Below, piece after piece: positions 19,967 to 28,874 of a stretch of 64,000 nucleotides of DNA. Origin of the DNA: Bacteroidales bacterium (lineage in GTDB: Bacteria; Bacteroidota; Bacteroidia; Bacteroidales; UBA932); assembly GCA_017399865.1 (NCBI GenBank), contig JAFQAT010000074.1:77-64076 (forward strand), written 5' to 3'. The notes under the pieces are model-generated. The model saw only the letters and a list, made by a program, of their open reading frames with translations, was not told where the DNA came from and ran no database searches. Numbering within the stretch: position 1 is the first letter of the stretch; each line of letters starts with the position of its first letter. The translations under genes were made by a program, and so were the position numbers.

Positions 19967-21246
19967 AACAGTTCTGACACAGCCTTGACAATTTCCTCGG
20001 CAGGCAGGTCCGGAGACAGAACAAGATCAGGCTCCTTGAGGACATATCCCCTTGACTTCGCGCCAAGGACGCCGCCGCCGGTACAGTTAAGCATTATATA
20101 TTCATCCTTCTTTACGGTTCCGTCCTTCACTGCCTGTGCAAGAGCTGCGACAGCAACGCATGCAGCAGGAAGAAGGTCATAACCTTCACGGTTACGGAAC
20201 TGCATCATCCAGTAGATGATGTCGTTGTTCGAAGCCAGGAAGAAATCGCCGTTGCTTGCCTTGAGCACATCATACAGGCCGCCTGCCAGAGAGTATGGCG
20301 GCTTTCTGTTTGAAAGAACCGTAGCCAGTATCCTTTCTGACTTGCATCTGCCTTCTTCAGGAGTGATTTCCGGAAGTACGCGTGAATCAGCCTTCCAGGC
20401 ATCGTACATCAAGGAGAACGGAGTGTTCTGGGCTACATATACCCTCATGCCGTTCTTTCCGAAACGGCCGTCAGCTTCAAGCCTGCAGGCATTCTCCCAT
20501 GCCGCGATGGCACCTGTACCGGAACCGACAGCCTGGAAATATGCATCAGGTATGCGTCCCATCTTCTCCACACAGCTGAGTACGGTCGTACCCATACCGT
20601 CCCTGCGGGCAACATTCTTCGCTCCCCCTTCGAGTACGAAGCGAGGGTCTGTGGCGAGCTTCTCTCCCAAAGCGATGGCATCATAATAATCACAGCCGTG
20701 AGGTGCGGCAACAAGCTTCACACACTTATGAAGAGGCTTGCGGAACCAAAGGTCATGAAGATTGTCCTGCGGTACGCAGATAACGATAGGAATACGGTTA
20801 TCAGAGCATACCTGTGCAAAGGCACGGGCTGTGTTGCCGGCAGACTGAACTATCAGAATCCTCTTGTCATCAGGATTCATCCTTGCCAGAACACTATAGG
20901 CCTCGGTCTCCTTGAATGAGCATGTGCGCATCTTCGCGCCGATTCTCGGATTCCACCCTGAGAATGTGATATATAGATTCTCAAGGCCGAGGAAAGAAGC
21001 AAGTCCCTTTGACTTATAGGTCACAGGAGCGCACGAATGCTTCAGGGTCCTGCTTATCGGAAGCCAGTCCGCATATCTGTATATTCCGTCGAGGTCTTCT
21101 CGGGGAACGAACTGCTTCTCTTCATAGTCAGCCTGAATCAGGCTCGGACAGTCACATTGAGGATCGCCAAGGGTCCAACCCGCATCCTCGAACCTATGTC
21201 CGGTCGCACAGCAGACCAGCGAATATTTTGTCGGTTTTAAATTCAT
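19963..21246 (-). CDS. Cysteate synthase (PLP-dependent, threonine synthase-like)
   Basis: TCSFKETEA (PLP Lys), SAGNTARAF, EGGAKNVARRDGMGT, YFQAVGSGTG, LSNRKPPY, LNCTGGG. Confidence 0.88.
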   Translation of the reverse strand: MNLKPTKYSLVCCATGHRFEDAGWTLGDPQCDCPSLIQADYEEKQFVPREDLDGIYRYADWLPISRTLKHSCAPVTYKSKGLASFLGLENLYITFSGWNPRIGAKMRTCSFKETEAYSVLARMNPDDKRILIVQSAGNTARAFAQVCSDNRIPIVICVPQDNLHDLWFRKPLHKCVKLVAAPHGCDYYDAIALGEKLATDPRFVLEGGAKNVARRDGMGTTVLSCVEKMGRIPDAYFQAVGSGTGAIAAWENACRLEADGRFGKNGMRVYVAQNTPFSLMYDAWKADSRVLPEITPEEGRCKSERILATVLSNRKPPYSLAGGLYDVLKASNGDFFLASNNDIIYWMMQFRNREGYDLLPAACVAVAALAQAVKDGTVKKDEYIMLNCTGGGVLGAKSRGYVLKEPDLVLSPDLPAEEIVKAVSELF

Positions 21247-21250
21247 AGTG

Positions 21251-22036
21251 TTACATTGGTTTTATCTTACGGGCAAGGCACGCGCATAATCCGGGGAAGA
21301 ACCTCTTGATGTAGACCATCAGGAGTTCTTTCCTTCCGACGAGCACTTCCCTGCGCCCTTTTGCTATCGCTCTTGTAATCACCTTCGCTGCAGCTTCAGA
21401 CGACATTCCGTTCTTCTGGCCCGGATCGAGCGTTCCATGAGGCTTGCCTCCCTTGTCGAGAGCATACCGCGAAATGTTTGTGCACACACGGCCCGGACAT
21501 ATGATCGTCACTCCGATGCCAGCATCATGATACTCCGCCTGCAGGGTCTCGAAGAAGCCGTACAGGGCGAATTTCGAAGAGCTGTAGCCACATCGCAAAG
21601 GAAAGCCGAAGCGTCCGGCGATCGATGTGGTCACGGCAAATCTTCCCTTGCCCCTTTCCTTCATTTTCGGAAGAAGAAACTTCGCGATGGACACAGGGGC
21701 GAAATAATTGATTTCCATTATCTTGCGCACCATTTCCATGGAAGTATCCTCGACATTCGTCCTTTGGCTGATGCCTGCGTTGAGCATGACTACATCGATT
21801 CCGCCAAAGGAATCCCATGCCCTCTGTGAAAGGTCATCTATGCCGTCGAGGCATGTCAGGTCATAAGGCAGAGCCACGACTCCCGAAGCTCCAAGTCCGC
21901 GACATTTCGAAGCCACAGTTTCAAGGCGTTCAGCCGAAGAAGAGGTAAGTATGAGCTTAGCCCCTTCTTCCGCATACCTGCATGCGCAGGCCTCACCTAT
22001 TCCGGATGATGCTCCGGTAATCCATACAGTAAGCAT
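21251..22036 (-). CDS. Classical SDR, probable 3-dehydrocapnine reductase
   Basis: TGASSGIG, NAG, YSSSK catalytic motif; lies between the acyltransferase and cysteate synthase. Confidence 0.8.
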   Translation of the reverse strand: MLTVWITGASSGIGEACACRYAEEGAKLILTSSSAERLETVASKCRGLGASGVVALPYDLTCLDGIDDLSQRAWDSFGGIDVVMLNAGISQRTNVEDTSMEMVRKIMEINYFAPVSIAKFLLPKMKERGKGRFAVTTSIAGRFGFPLRCGYSSSKFALYGFFETLQAEYHDAGIGVTIICPGRVCTNISRYALDKGGKPHGTLDPGQKNGMSSEAAAKVITRAIAKGRREVLVGRKELLMVYIKRFFPGLCACLARKIKPM

Positions 22037-22039
22037 GGC

Positions 22040-23305
22040 TTACTTCAAAAGTGCCATGTTAGGCATTTCCTTGTCGAATTCTCCGCGGTCGAGCCTCTCC
22101 TTGATGTCACGGAAGGCAGCGAGGGTCCTCTCGACATCTTCCATGCTGTGGGCAGCTGTAGGGATGACACGGAAGATCACCATTCCCGGAGGAATTACAG
22201 GGTAGATGACCACAGAGCAGAAGATATGATACTCCTCGCGGAGAGCGACTGCGATGTTTGAAGCCTGATTTACGCCGGCCTCTACATGAACCGGAGTCAC
22301 GCATGCCTCTGCAGGTCCGATCTCAAAGCCCAGTTCACGGAAACCTTCCTGGAGACGGCGGGTAACCTTCCAGAGCTGTGACCTGAGGGCATCTCCTTCA
22401 GGGCTGTCGATGATTTCGAGACGCTTCAGACAGCCTTCTACTATAGGCATAGGAAGAGACTTCGCATAGATCTGCGAACGCATGTTGTACTTCAGGTAAT
22501 CGATGATGTCCTTGTCGGAAGCGACGAAACCTCCGATGATTGCCATCGACTTCGCGTATGCTCCGATATAGATGTCGATCTTGTCCATCACACCGAAATG
22601 CTCTGAAGTACCGCGTCCGTGAGGACCCATCACTCCAAATCCGTGAGCATCGTCGATCATGATGCGGAACTTGTACTTCTTCTTGAGGGCTGCGATCTGG
22701 TCGAGGATACCGAGAGCGCCGGTCATGCCGAATACGCCTTCTGTGATCAGGAGGACTCCACCGCCCTTCTGCTCCGCCTCAGCACATGCCCTTGCGAGAA
22801 CTCTTTCGCAGTCCTGGATGTTGTTATGACGGAACTTGTATTTGCTTCCGATGTGGAGGCGGATACCGTCGAGAAGGCATGCATGGTCTTCAGCATCGTA
22901 TACGATCACGTCATGTCTGTTGACGAGAGAGTCGATGGTAGACACGATTCCCTGATATCCGAAATTGAATTCGAATGCAGCTTCCTTCTTCTCGAATGCG
23001 GCAAGACGACGCTCAAGCTCTTCATGAAGATGGGTCTGGCCTGTCATCATGCGGCTTCCCATAGGATATGCAAGTCCCCACTTCGCTGCCGCTTCAGCAT
23101 CAACACGGCGGATTTCAGGATGGTTGGCGAGGCCGAGATAGTTGTTGAGGCTCCAGCAGAGCACATCCTGTCCGTTGAACTTCATATGAGGTCCGAGCTC
23201 GCCTTCAAGCTTTGGGAAAGCGAAATATCCTTCTGCCTTTTCACGGTACTGTCCGATAGGACCGCCGGAAGATTGTCTGATTCTGTCAAAAATGTCTGTG
23301 TACAT
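22040..23305 (-). CDS. Alpha-oxoamine synthase, cysteate acyl-ACP/CoA transferase (SulA/CapB type)
   Basis: NNYLGLA, EGVFGMTG, DDAHG, PLP Lys252 (GAYAKS) and Lys282 (SQIYAKSLP) where serine palmitoyltransferases have Ala. Confidence 0.88.
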   Translation of the reverse strand: MYTDIFDRIRQSSGGPIGQYREKAEGYFAFPKLEGELGPHMKFNGQDVLCWSLNNYLGLANHPEIRRVDAEAAAKWGLAYPMGSRMMTGQTHLHEELERRLAAFEKKEAAFEFNFGYQGIVSTIDSLVNRHDVIVYDAEDHACLLDGIRLHIGSKYKFRHNNIQDCERVLARACAEAEQKGGGVLLITEGVFGMTGALGILDQIAALKKKYKFRIMIDDAHGFGVMGPHGRGTSEHFGVMDKIDIYIGAYAKSMAIIGGFVASDKDIIDYLKYNMRSQIYAKSLPMPIVEGCLKRLEIIDSPEGDALRSQLWKVTRRLQEGFRELGFEIGPAEACVTPVHVEAGVNQASNIAVALREEYHIFCSVVIYPVIPPGMVIFRVIPTAAHSMEDVERTLAAFRDIKERLDRGEFDKEMPNMALLK

Positions 23306-23322
23306 ATCGGTTAAGGTTTATA

Positions 23323-24393
23323 TTATTTTATAGTTTCTTTTGATACTATTCCCATCATCCTGAAAAGGAATTTAGGAAGCGGTTTGTAAGGATCTCTCTT
23401 GTTCATGTCGATGAACCATCCGAGCTTCTTCACGACCGGAACCTTGCTGGTCTCCACCAGCTCGATCAGAGTTCCGTCCGGATCTTCGATATATGCGAAG
23501 CGGCCGGAAGCATCGCCCATGTCGAAACGCTCTCCATCAGGACAGCTGTCCACGGTGAACGGATGGCCCTTCTCGGCGCAGAAGCGCTTCAATGCGTCCA
23601 TTCCGGTAACATCGAAACATACCTGAATGAAGCCCGGGTCGCCCCAAAAACGTCCTTCATATATCTTGCGTGGAGTATGTTCCAGAGCCTGGACAAGCTC
23701 AATCGTGGAATCGCCGAAGAGGTCTGCGAAGGCTCCGTGCCTCCTTTCGGATGCAAGAATGACACGGCGGCACTGCTTGTCTGCCTGCGGCATGGACGCA
23801 TTTGTGCTGAAGACTCCCACCGAGTCGCACTTCTTTATGGTATATCCCAGTACTTCGCTATAGAAACGGACAGAAGCATCCATATCGGTAACTCCGACCA
23901 CCACTCCTATCATTCCTCCGGTCAGCTTCTTCTGGTCGATGAACACGGACTTGTCTTCGAGTATCTGGAACCAGTTTCCGTAGAGGTCCTTGAGATAGAA
24001 GCACTTGGTTCCGTCAGGAAGGAGCTCAGGCTTGCTGCAGTCATTCCATTTTGCAGAAATCTGCGCATGGAATGCATCGACATCGCGGCATTTGAGCTTC
24101 GCCGCGAAGATTCCGAGGTCACCTGCGGAAATGGTGAACGGACATGGAGTCGGCTTCCTCACGGAGTACTGCCAGATTTCAAAGCCGCCACCACCCTGAA
24201 GGTTGACAGCAATGCATGCATGACGCTTATGCGGCTGTCCGCCTGTATAAGGGAGCATCCTCTCTGCAACTGTATCATCTTCGAGAATCCTGACATCGGT
24301 CCCGAACATCTCGATATACCAGTTCCATGACTTTCTGAAATCCACGGTTCCGACACCGACCTGCTGGATTCCTGAAATATTGAATGATTTCAT
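23323..24393 (-). CDS. Two-domain VOC (glyoxalase-like) family protein
   Basis: IQQVGVG, FEIWQY, KDLYGNWFQI, IELVQ, YIEDPDGTLIELVE repeats. Confidence 0.85.
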   Translation of the reverse strand: MKSFNISGIQQVGVGTVDFRKSWNWYIEMFGTDVRILEDDTVAERMLPYTGGQPHKRHACIAVNLQGGGGFEIWQYSVRKPTPCPFTISAGDLGIFAAKLKCRDVDAFHAQISAKWNDCSKPELLPDGTKCFYLKDLYGNWFQILEDKSVFIDQKKLTGGMIGVVVGVTDMDASVRFYSEVLGYTIKKCDSVGVFSTNASMPQADKQCRRVILASERRHGAFADLFGDSTIELVQALEHTPRKIYEGRFWGDPGFIQVCFDVTGMDALKRFCAEKGHPFTVDSCPDGERFDMGDASGRFAYIEDPDGTLIELVETSKVPVVKKLGWFIDMNKRDPYKPLPKFLFRMMGIVSKETIK

Positions 24394-24453
24394 ATCGTTT
24401 TGGTTCTTTATTTAGTACACTCTTATATAGTAAACGGTTTTACTTTCAGTCTG

Positions 24454-24484
24454 CAAATGTAACCATTTTTTATTTCAGGGCAAA
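24454..24484 (-). promoter_or_regulatory. Sigma-A promoter (-33/-7) of the VOC-acyltransferase-SDR-cysteate synthase operon
   Basis: Minus strand TTTG-N19-TACATTTG. Confidence 0.7.
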
Positions 24485-24486
24485 AT

Positions 24487-24557
24487 TAAACAGCCGATAA
24501 CGGGTCGCTGCGCAAAAGCATAGGTAAATGCTTCGCTCCCTCGTTATCGGCTGTTTA
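24487..24557. terminator. Long inverted repeat downstream of argS (terminator-like, with internal hairpin)
   Basis: 16-bp perfect arms taaacagccgataacg / cgttatcggctgttta enclosing aagcat-aggtaa-atgctt. Confidence 0.6.
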
Positions 24558-24589
24558 TTGATTGAGGCTGTATGCCTAAGTAAAAATGA

Positions 24590-26380
24590 TTACATTCTTT
24601 CAGGAAGAGTGATTCCAAGTATAGACATGGCCTTGGTGAGAACCTTGGCGATGGTATCAACGAGTACCAGACGGTATTCGAGAAGAGCAGTATTCTCTTC
24701 ACGAAGGATAGGAGTGTCATGATAATACTGGTTGAACTCCTTCGCCAGCTCATATGCATAGTTGGCTATGACAGCCGGCGAATGTGCAGCACCAGCTTCG
24801 GCCACCTTTGCTGGGAATGTGTTGAGTATCTTGATGATACGGACTTCTTTCGCCGAAAGCGCAGAGTCTGCCTTTACTGCAGCAGCGTCATGCGACAGCC
24901 CCCTTTCGTCAGCCTTGCGGAGTATCGACTTGATACGCGCATGGGTATATTGGATGAAAGGACCTGTATTTCCGTTGAAGTCGATGGACTCCTTCGGATC
25001 AAAGAGCATGGTCTTGCGCGGATCCACCTTGAGGATGAAATACTTCAATGCTCCGAGGCTGATCATCTTGAAGAGAGCGTCCTGCTCCTCTTCAGAGAGG
25101 TTGTCGATCTTTCCGAGTTCGAGAGACGTCTCTTTCGCAGTATTGTACATGGCTGCGATCAGGTCATCTGCGTCCACAACGGTTCCTTCACGAGACTTCA
25201 TCTTTCCTTCAGGAAGCTCCACCATACCGTACGAGAGGTGGTAGATGCTGTCCGCCCAGTCGAATCCAAGCTTGCCGAGGATGAGCTTGAGGACCTGGAA
25301 ATGGTAATTCTGCTCATTTCCCACCACATAGATATGCTCGTCGAGGCTGTACTCAGCGAAACGCTGCTCCGCAGTTCCTAGGTCCTGGGTCATATACACG
25401 GAAGTTCCGTCTCCGCGGAGAAGAAGCTTCCTGTCGAGGCCGTCGGCAGTCAGGTCGCACCATACAGATCTGTCCTCCTGGGTCTCAAAGATGCCTGCCT
25501 CAAGCCCCTTCTGGACGAGCGCCTTACCGAAAAGATATGTCTGGGACTCGTAATATGTCCTGTCGAAGCTTATGCCGAGGTCTGCATAAGTCTTGTCAAA
25601 TCCTTCGTAGACCCATCCGTTCATGGTCTTCCAGAGTTCGACAACTTCAGGATCATTATTCTCCCACTTGAAGAGCATCTCCTGCGCAGCCTTGAGGGAA
25701 GGAGCGTTCTTTTCTGCTTCTTCCTTCGTCATTCCGCCTGCCACAAGCTCATCGACTTCCTTCTTGTAGAGGTTGTTGAACGCTACATAGTAGTCACCCA
25801 CGAGGTGGTCTCCTTTCTTGCCGCTCGATGCTGGAGTTTCACCGTTTCCGAGCACCTTCCATGCATACATGGACTTGCAGATATGGATGCCTCGGTCGTT
25901 CACAAGATTGACCTTCATCACATTATGACCGCACACCTCAAGCAGTTTTGCAACCGACCATCCGAGGAGGTTGTTGCGGATATGTCCGAGGTGGAGAGGC
26001 TTGTTTGTGTTAGGAGAAGAGTACTCTACCATGATGGTCCTTCCTGTAGGTGGAAGCTGTCCGAAATCTTCGGCGGAAGCGATCTCTGCGAACACATTGT
26101 TCCAATATACCTCCGAGAAGGATATGTTCAGGAATCCCTTCACCGTATTGTAGCCTGCGATTTCAGGCACATTGGCCTTGAGCCACTCTCCTATCGCGTT
26201 TCCGGTATTCTCCGGAGTCGTCTTAGATACCTTGAGAAGAGGGAAAACGACCAGCGTGTAGTCTCCCTCGAATTCCTTGCGTGTCACCTGTACCTGGAGC
26301 TGTGCAGCAGGTACATCAACGCCGTAAAGCGCCTGAATTGCTTCAGACGCTTTAGCTATGATGAATGTTTCTGGAGTCAT
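24590..26380 (-). CDS. argS: Arginine--tRNA ligase
   Basis: VEYSSPNTNKPLHLGHIRN (HIGH), KMKSREG, GPFIQYTHARI, PERM C-terminus. Confidence 0.97.
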   Translation of the reverse strand: MTPETFIIAKASEAIQALYGVDVPAAQLQVQVTRKEFEGDYTLVVFPLLKVSKTTPENTGNAIGEWLKANVPEIAGYNTVKGFLNISFSEVYWNNVFAEIASAEDFGQLPPTGRTIMVEYSSPNTNKPLHLGHIRNNLLGWSVAKLLEVCGHNVMKVNLVNDRGIHICKSMYAWKVLGNGETPASSGKKGDHLVGDYYVAFNNLYKKEVDELVAGGMTKEEAEKNAPSLKAAQEMLFKWENNDPEVVELWKTMNGWVYEGFDKTYADLGISFDRTYYESQTYLFGKALVQKGLEAGIFETQEDRSVWCDLTADGLDRKLLLRGDGTSVYMTQDLGTAEQRFAEYSLDEHIYVVGNEQNYHFQVLKLILGKLGFDWADSIYHLSYGMVELPEGKMKSREGTVVDADDLIAAMYNTAKETSLELGKIDNLSEEEQDALFKMISLGALKYFILKVDPRKTMLFDPKESIDFNGNTGPFIQYTHARIKSILRKADERGLSHDAAAVKADSALSAKEVRIIKILNTFPAKVAEAGAAHSPAVIANYAYELAKEFNQYYHDTPILREENTALLEYRLVLVDTIAKVLTKAMSILGITLPERM

Positions 26381-27240
26381 TATCCTAAATAGCTTTTCAA
26401 AAGTTTGCTTCTTGAATTGTTCTTGAGCTTACGGATCGCCTTTTCCTTGATCTGGCGTACACGCTCCCTTGTAAGTCCGAATCTTTCGCCGATCTCCTCA
26501 AGAGTCATTTCCTGACATCCGATTCCGAAGAAAGACTTGATTATCTCCCTCTCGCGGGTGGCCAGAGTCGAGAGAGCTCTTTCGATCTCCTTGTTGAGGG
26601 ACTCGTTGACGAGGCCGCGGTCCGCGCTCGGCGAATCGTTGTTCACGAGCACGTCGAGAAGGCTGTTGTCCTCACCTTCCACGAAAGGAGCATCCACCGA
26701 AACGTGGCGGCCTGAAACTCGGAGAGTATCCGCGATCTTGTCCTTAGGGACATCGATCATTTCAGACAGTTCCTCGCTTGAAGGCATACGCTCGTTCTCC
26801 TGCTCGAACTTCTGAAGAGCCTTGTTGATCTTATTGAGCGATCCCACCTGGTTGAGAGGAAGTCTCACGATTCTCGACTGCTCGGCAAGAGCCTGAAGAA
26901 TCGACTGACGTATCCACCATACGGCATAGGAGATGAACTTGAAGCCTCTTGTCTCATCGAACTTCTCGGCAGCCTTGATGAGGCCGAGGTTACCCTCGTT
27001 GATAAGATCCGGAAGGCTGAGGCCCTGATTCTGGTACTGCTTTGCAACAGAGACCACGAATCGGAGGTTTGCCCTTGTCAGCTTCTCGAGAGCTGCCTGG
27101 TCACCCTTGCGGATCCTCTGGGCGAGCTCAACCTCTTCCTCGACTGTGATAAGTTCTTCCCTGCCGATCTCCTGCAGATACTTGTCAAGAGATGCACTCT
27201 CACGGTTGGTAATCGATTTTGTAATCTTTAACTGTCTCAT
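26380..27240 (-). CDS. rpoD: Primary RNA polymerase sigma factor (short Bacteroidota SigA/RpoD type)
   Basis: [52 protein letters not shown]; 286 aa, lacks region 1.1. Confidence 0.95.
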   Translation of the reverse strand: MRQLKITKSITNRESASLDKYLQEIGREELITVEEEVELAQRIRKGDQAALEKLTRANLRFVVSVAKQYQNQGLSLPDLINEGNLGLIKAAEKFDETRGFKFISYAVWWIRQSILQALAEQSRIVRLPLNQVGSLNKINKALQKFEQENERMPSSEELSEMIDVPKDKIADTLRVSGRHVSVDAPFVEGEDNSLLDVLVNNDSPSADRGLVNESLNKEIERALSTLATREREIIKSFFGIGCQEMTLEEIGERFGLTRERVRQIKEKAIRKLKNNSRSKLLKSYLG

Positions 27241-27267
27241 TCCAAATATTATAAGTTAATTCTTCTT

Positions 27268-28704
27268 CTATACTCCGAAGCCGAAATAACCTGTTCTGCC
27301 GGAAGGAGTCACACCTTCAATGAATACTGTTCTTTTCGACTTCTTGACTATGTCTATCACGTCCTGCGGAGTCTTTACCGGATGGTCATTCACATAAAGA
27401 ATGATGAATCCTTCCGTAGCTCCCGCCTCCATGAGCTTGCCAGGTCCCAGTTCGACGATCTCCACACCGTTCTTCAGACCATACTTCTGAAGGGTCTGTT
27501 CATCTGCCTCCTTGATCGAAGATCCATAGAATGCAACCGAACCGTCGTTTGTAAGAGTGCCGTTCTCCTGGGCTGTTCCCTTGAATGTGACTTCCATCTT
27601 CTTCTCTTTTCCGTCACGCAGCACGGTAACTGTCGCCTTGTCTCCAGGAGAGTATCTGCTCACCGCTTCCTGAACCGAAGGAGTGGTGTTCACCTTGGTC
27701 GAATCTATAGCCAGAAGAATATCTCCGACCTTGATTCCGGCCTCATCTGCGGCACTGCTTTCAGAAACCTCGCTAATATATACGCCGTTTCTTGAAGAAA
27801 GTTTCAATTCCTCGGCAATTTTATCGTCAATCGGTCCCATCTTGATGCCAAGCACAGCTCTCTTGACGCTGCCGAAATCCATCAGGTCGTAGGCAATCTT
27901 CTTGACGATGTTCACAGGCACTGCAAAAGAGTAGCCGGCATACGAGCCGGTCTGCGAGTAGATCGCTGTGTTTATACCTACAAGATTGCCCGCCTTGTCC
28001 ACAAGCGCACCGCCACTGTTTCCAGGGTTGACGGCCGCATCTGTCTGGATGAACGACTCTATCTTGAACTCGCCCGAGTAGTTCGGCATCGAGCGCCCCT
28101 TGGCGCTCACGATGCCGGCGGTGATGGTCGAGCGCAGATCGTATGGCGATCCGATCGCGATCACCCATTCGCCGAGACGGAGCTTGTCTGAATCTCCGAA
28201 AGGAATGATAGGAAGACCGGTTGCCTCTACCTTAAGAAGCGCCACATCGGTCGCAGGGTCTGTTCCCACCAGAGTCGCCGGATAGGTCTGATTGTTATTC
28301 AACGTGACCTCGATCTTTGTCGCACCATCGATGACATGATTATTTGTAACAATATATCCGTCTTCACGTATAATCACTCCAGAACCGCTGCCGACCCTTT
28401 CCCTCTGCTGGGGCGCACCGCCCTGCGGGAATCCGAAGAAGTAGTCGAAGATGGAGCTCGGAGCCTGCTGCATGGTCTGGGTCGATGTCACCTTGACATA
28501 TACGACGGCATCCACAGCCGACTCGGCCGCATATGTAAAGTCTGGCCAGTTGTCCTGCGAAAGATTCACGGTACGGAACATCGCTCCGTCCTGGGACGTC
28601 TGTATGACAGACATATTGTCAGATGACATGCTATTAACGACAGCATAGGCTGTCAGGCCTCCTGCAATTGCGGAAAGCAAAGTAATCAAAATGCCTCTTT
28701 TCAT
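27268..28704 (-). CDS. htrA: Do/DegP family serine endopeptidase with two PDZ domains
   Basis: TNNHV, TDVA, QTDAAVNPGNSGG. Confidence 0.93.
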   Translation of the reverse strand: MKRGILITLLSAIAGGLTAYAVVNSMSSDNMSVIQTSQDGAMFRTVNLSQDNWPDFTYAAESAVDAVVYVKVTSTQTMQQAPSSIFDYFFGFPQGGAPQQRERVGSGSGVIIREDGYIVTNNHVIDGATKIEVTLNNNQTYPATLVGTDPATDVALLKVEATGLPIIPFGDSDKLRLGEWVIAIGSPYDLRSTITAGIVSAKGRSMPNYSGEFKIESFIQTDAAVNPGNSGGALVDKAGNLVGINTAIYSQTGSYAGYSFAVPVNIVKKIAYDLMDFGSVKRAVLGIKMGPIDDKIAEELKLSSRNGVYISEVSESSAADEAGIKVGDILLAIDSTKVNTTPSVQEAVSRYSPGDKATVTVLRDGKEKKMEVTFKGTAQENGTLTNDGSVAFYGSSIKEADEQTLQKYGLKNGVEIVELGPGKLMEAGATEGFIILYVNDHPVKTPQDVIDIVKKSKRTVFIEGVTPSGRTGYFGFGV

Positions 28705-28764
28705 AAATATTTTGTTTGTTCTGTTTGATTTATATCGCAGTTTTTGAATTTTGATGCTTATTTT

Positions 28765-28779
28765 TCAAAAAATATGCCA
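28765..28779 (-). promoter_or_regulatory. Possible sigma-54 (-24/-12) promoter for htrA
   Basis: Minus strand TGGCAT-ATTTT-TTGA versus consensus TGGCAC-N5-TTGC. Confidence 0.4.
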
Positions 28780-28874
28780 TCGTCATTGGAAATAAATTCT
28801 TATATTTGTCTGATTAATATGCGGTATTATGTCCGCATGCTGACAAAGGAATAAATATCAAAAACCATACAATT

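Noticed and set aside
19963-21246. Threonine synthase call
   Set aside because: Motifs and operon context fit cysteate synthase; no thrA/thrB nearby
22040-23305. BioF, Kbl or serine palmitoyltransferase call
   Set aside because: Lys282 and adjacency to cysteate synthase favour a cysteate acyltransferase
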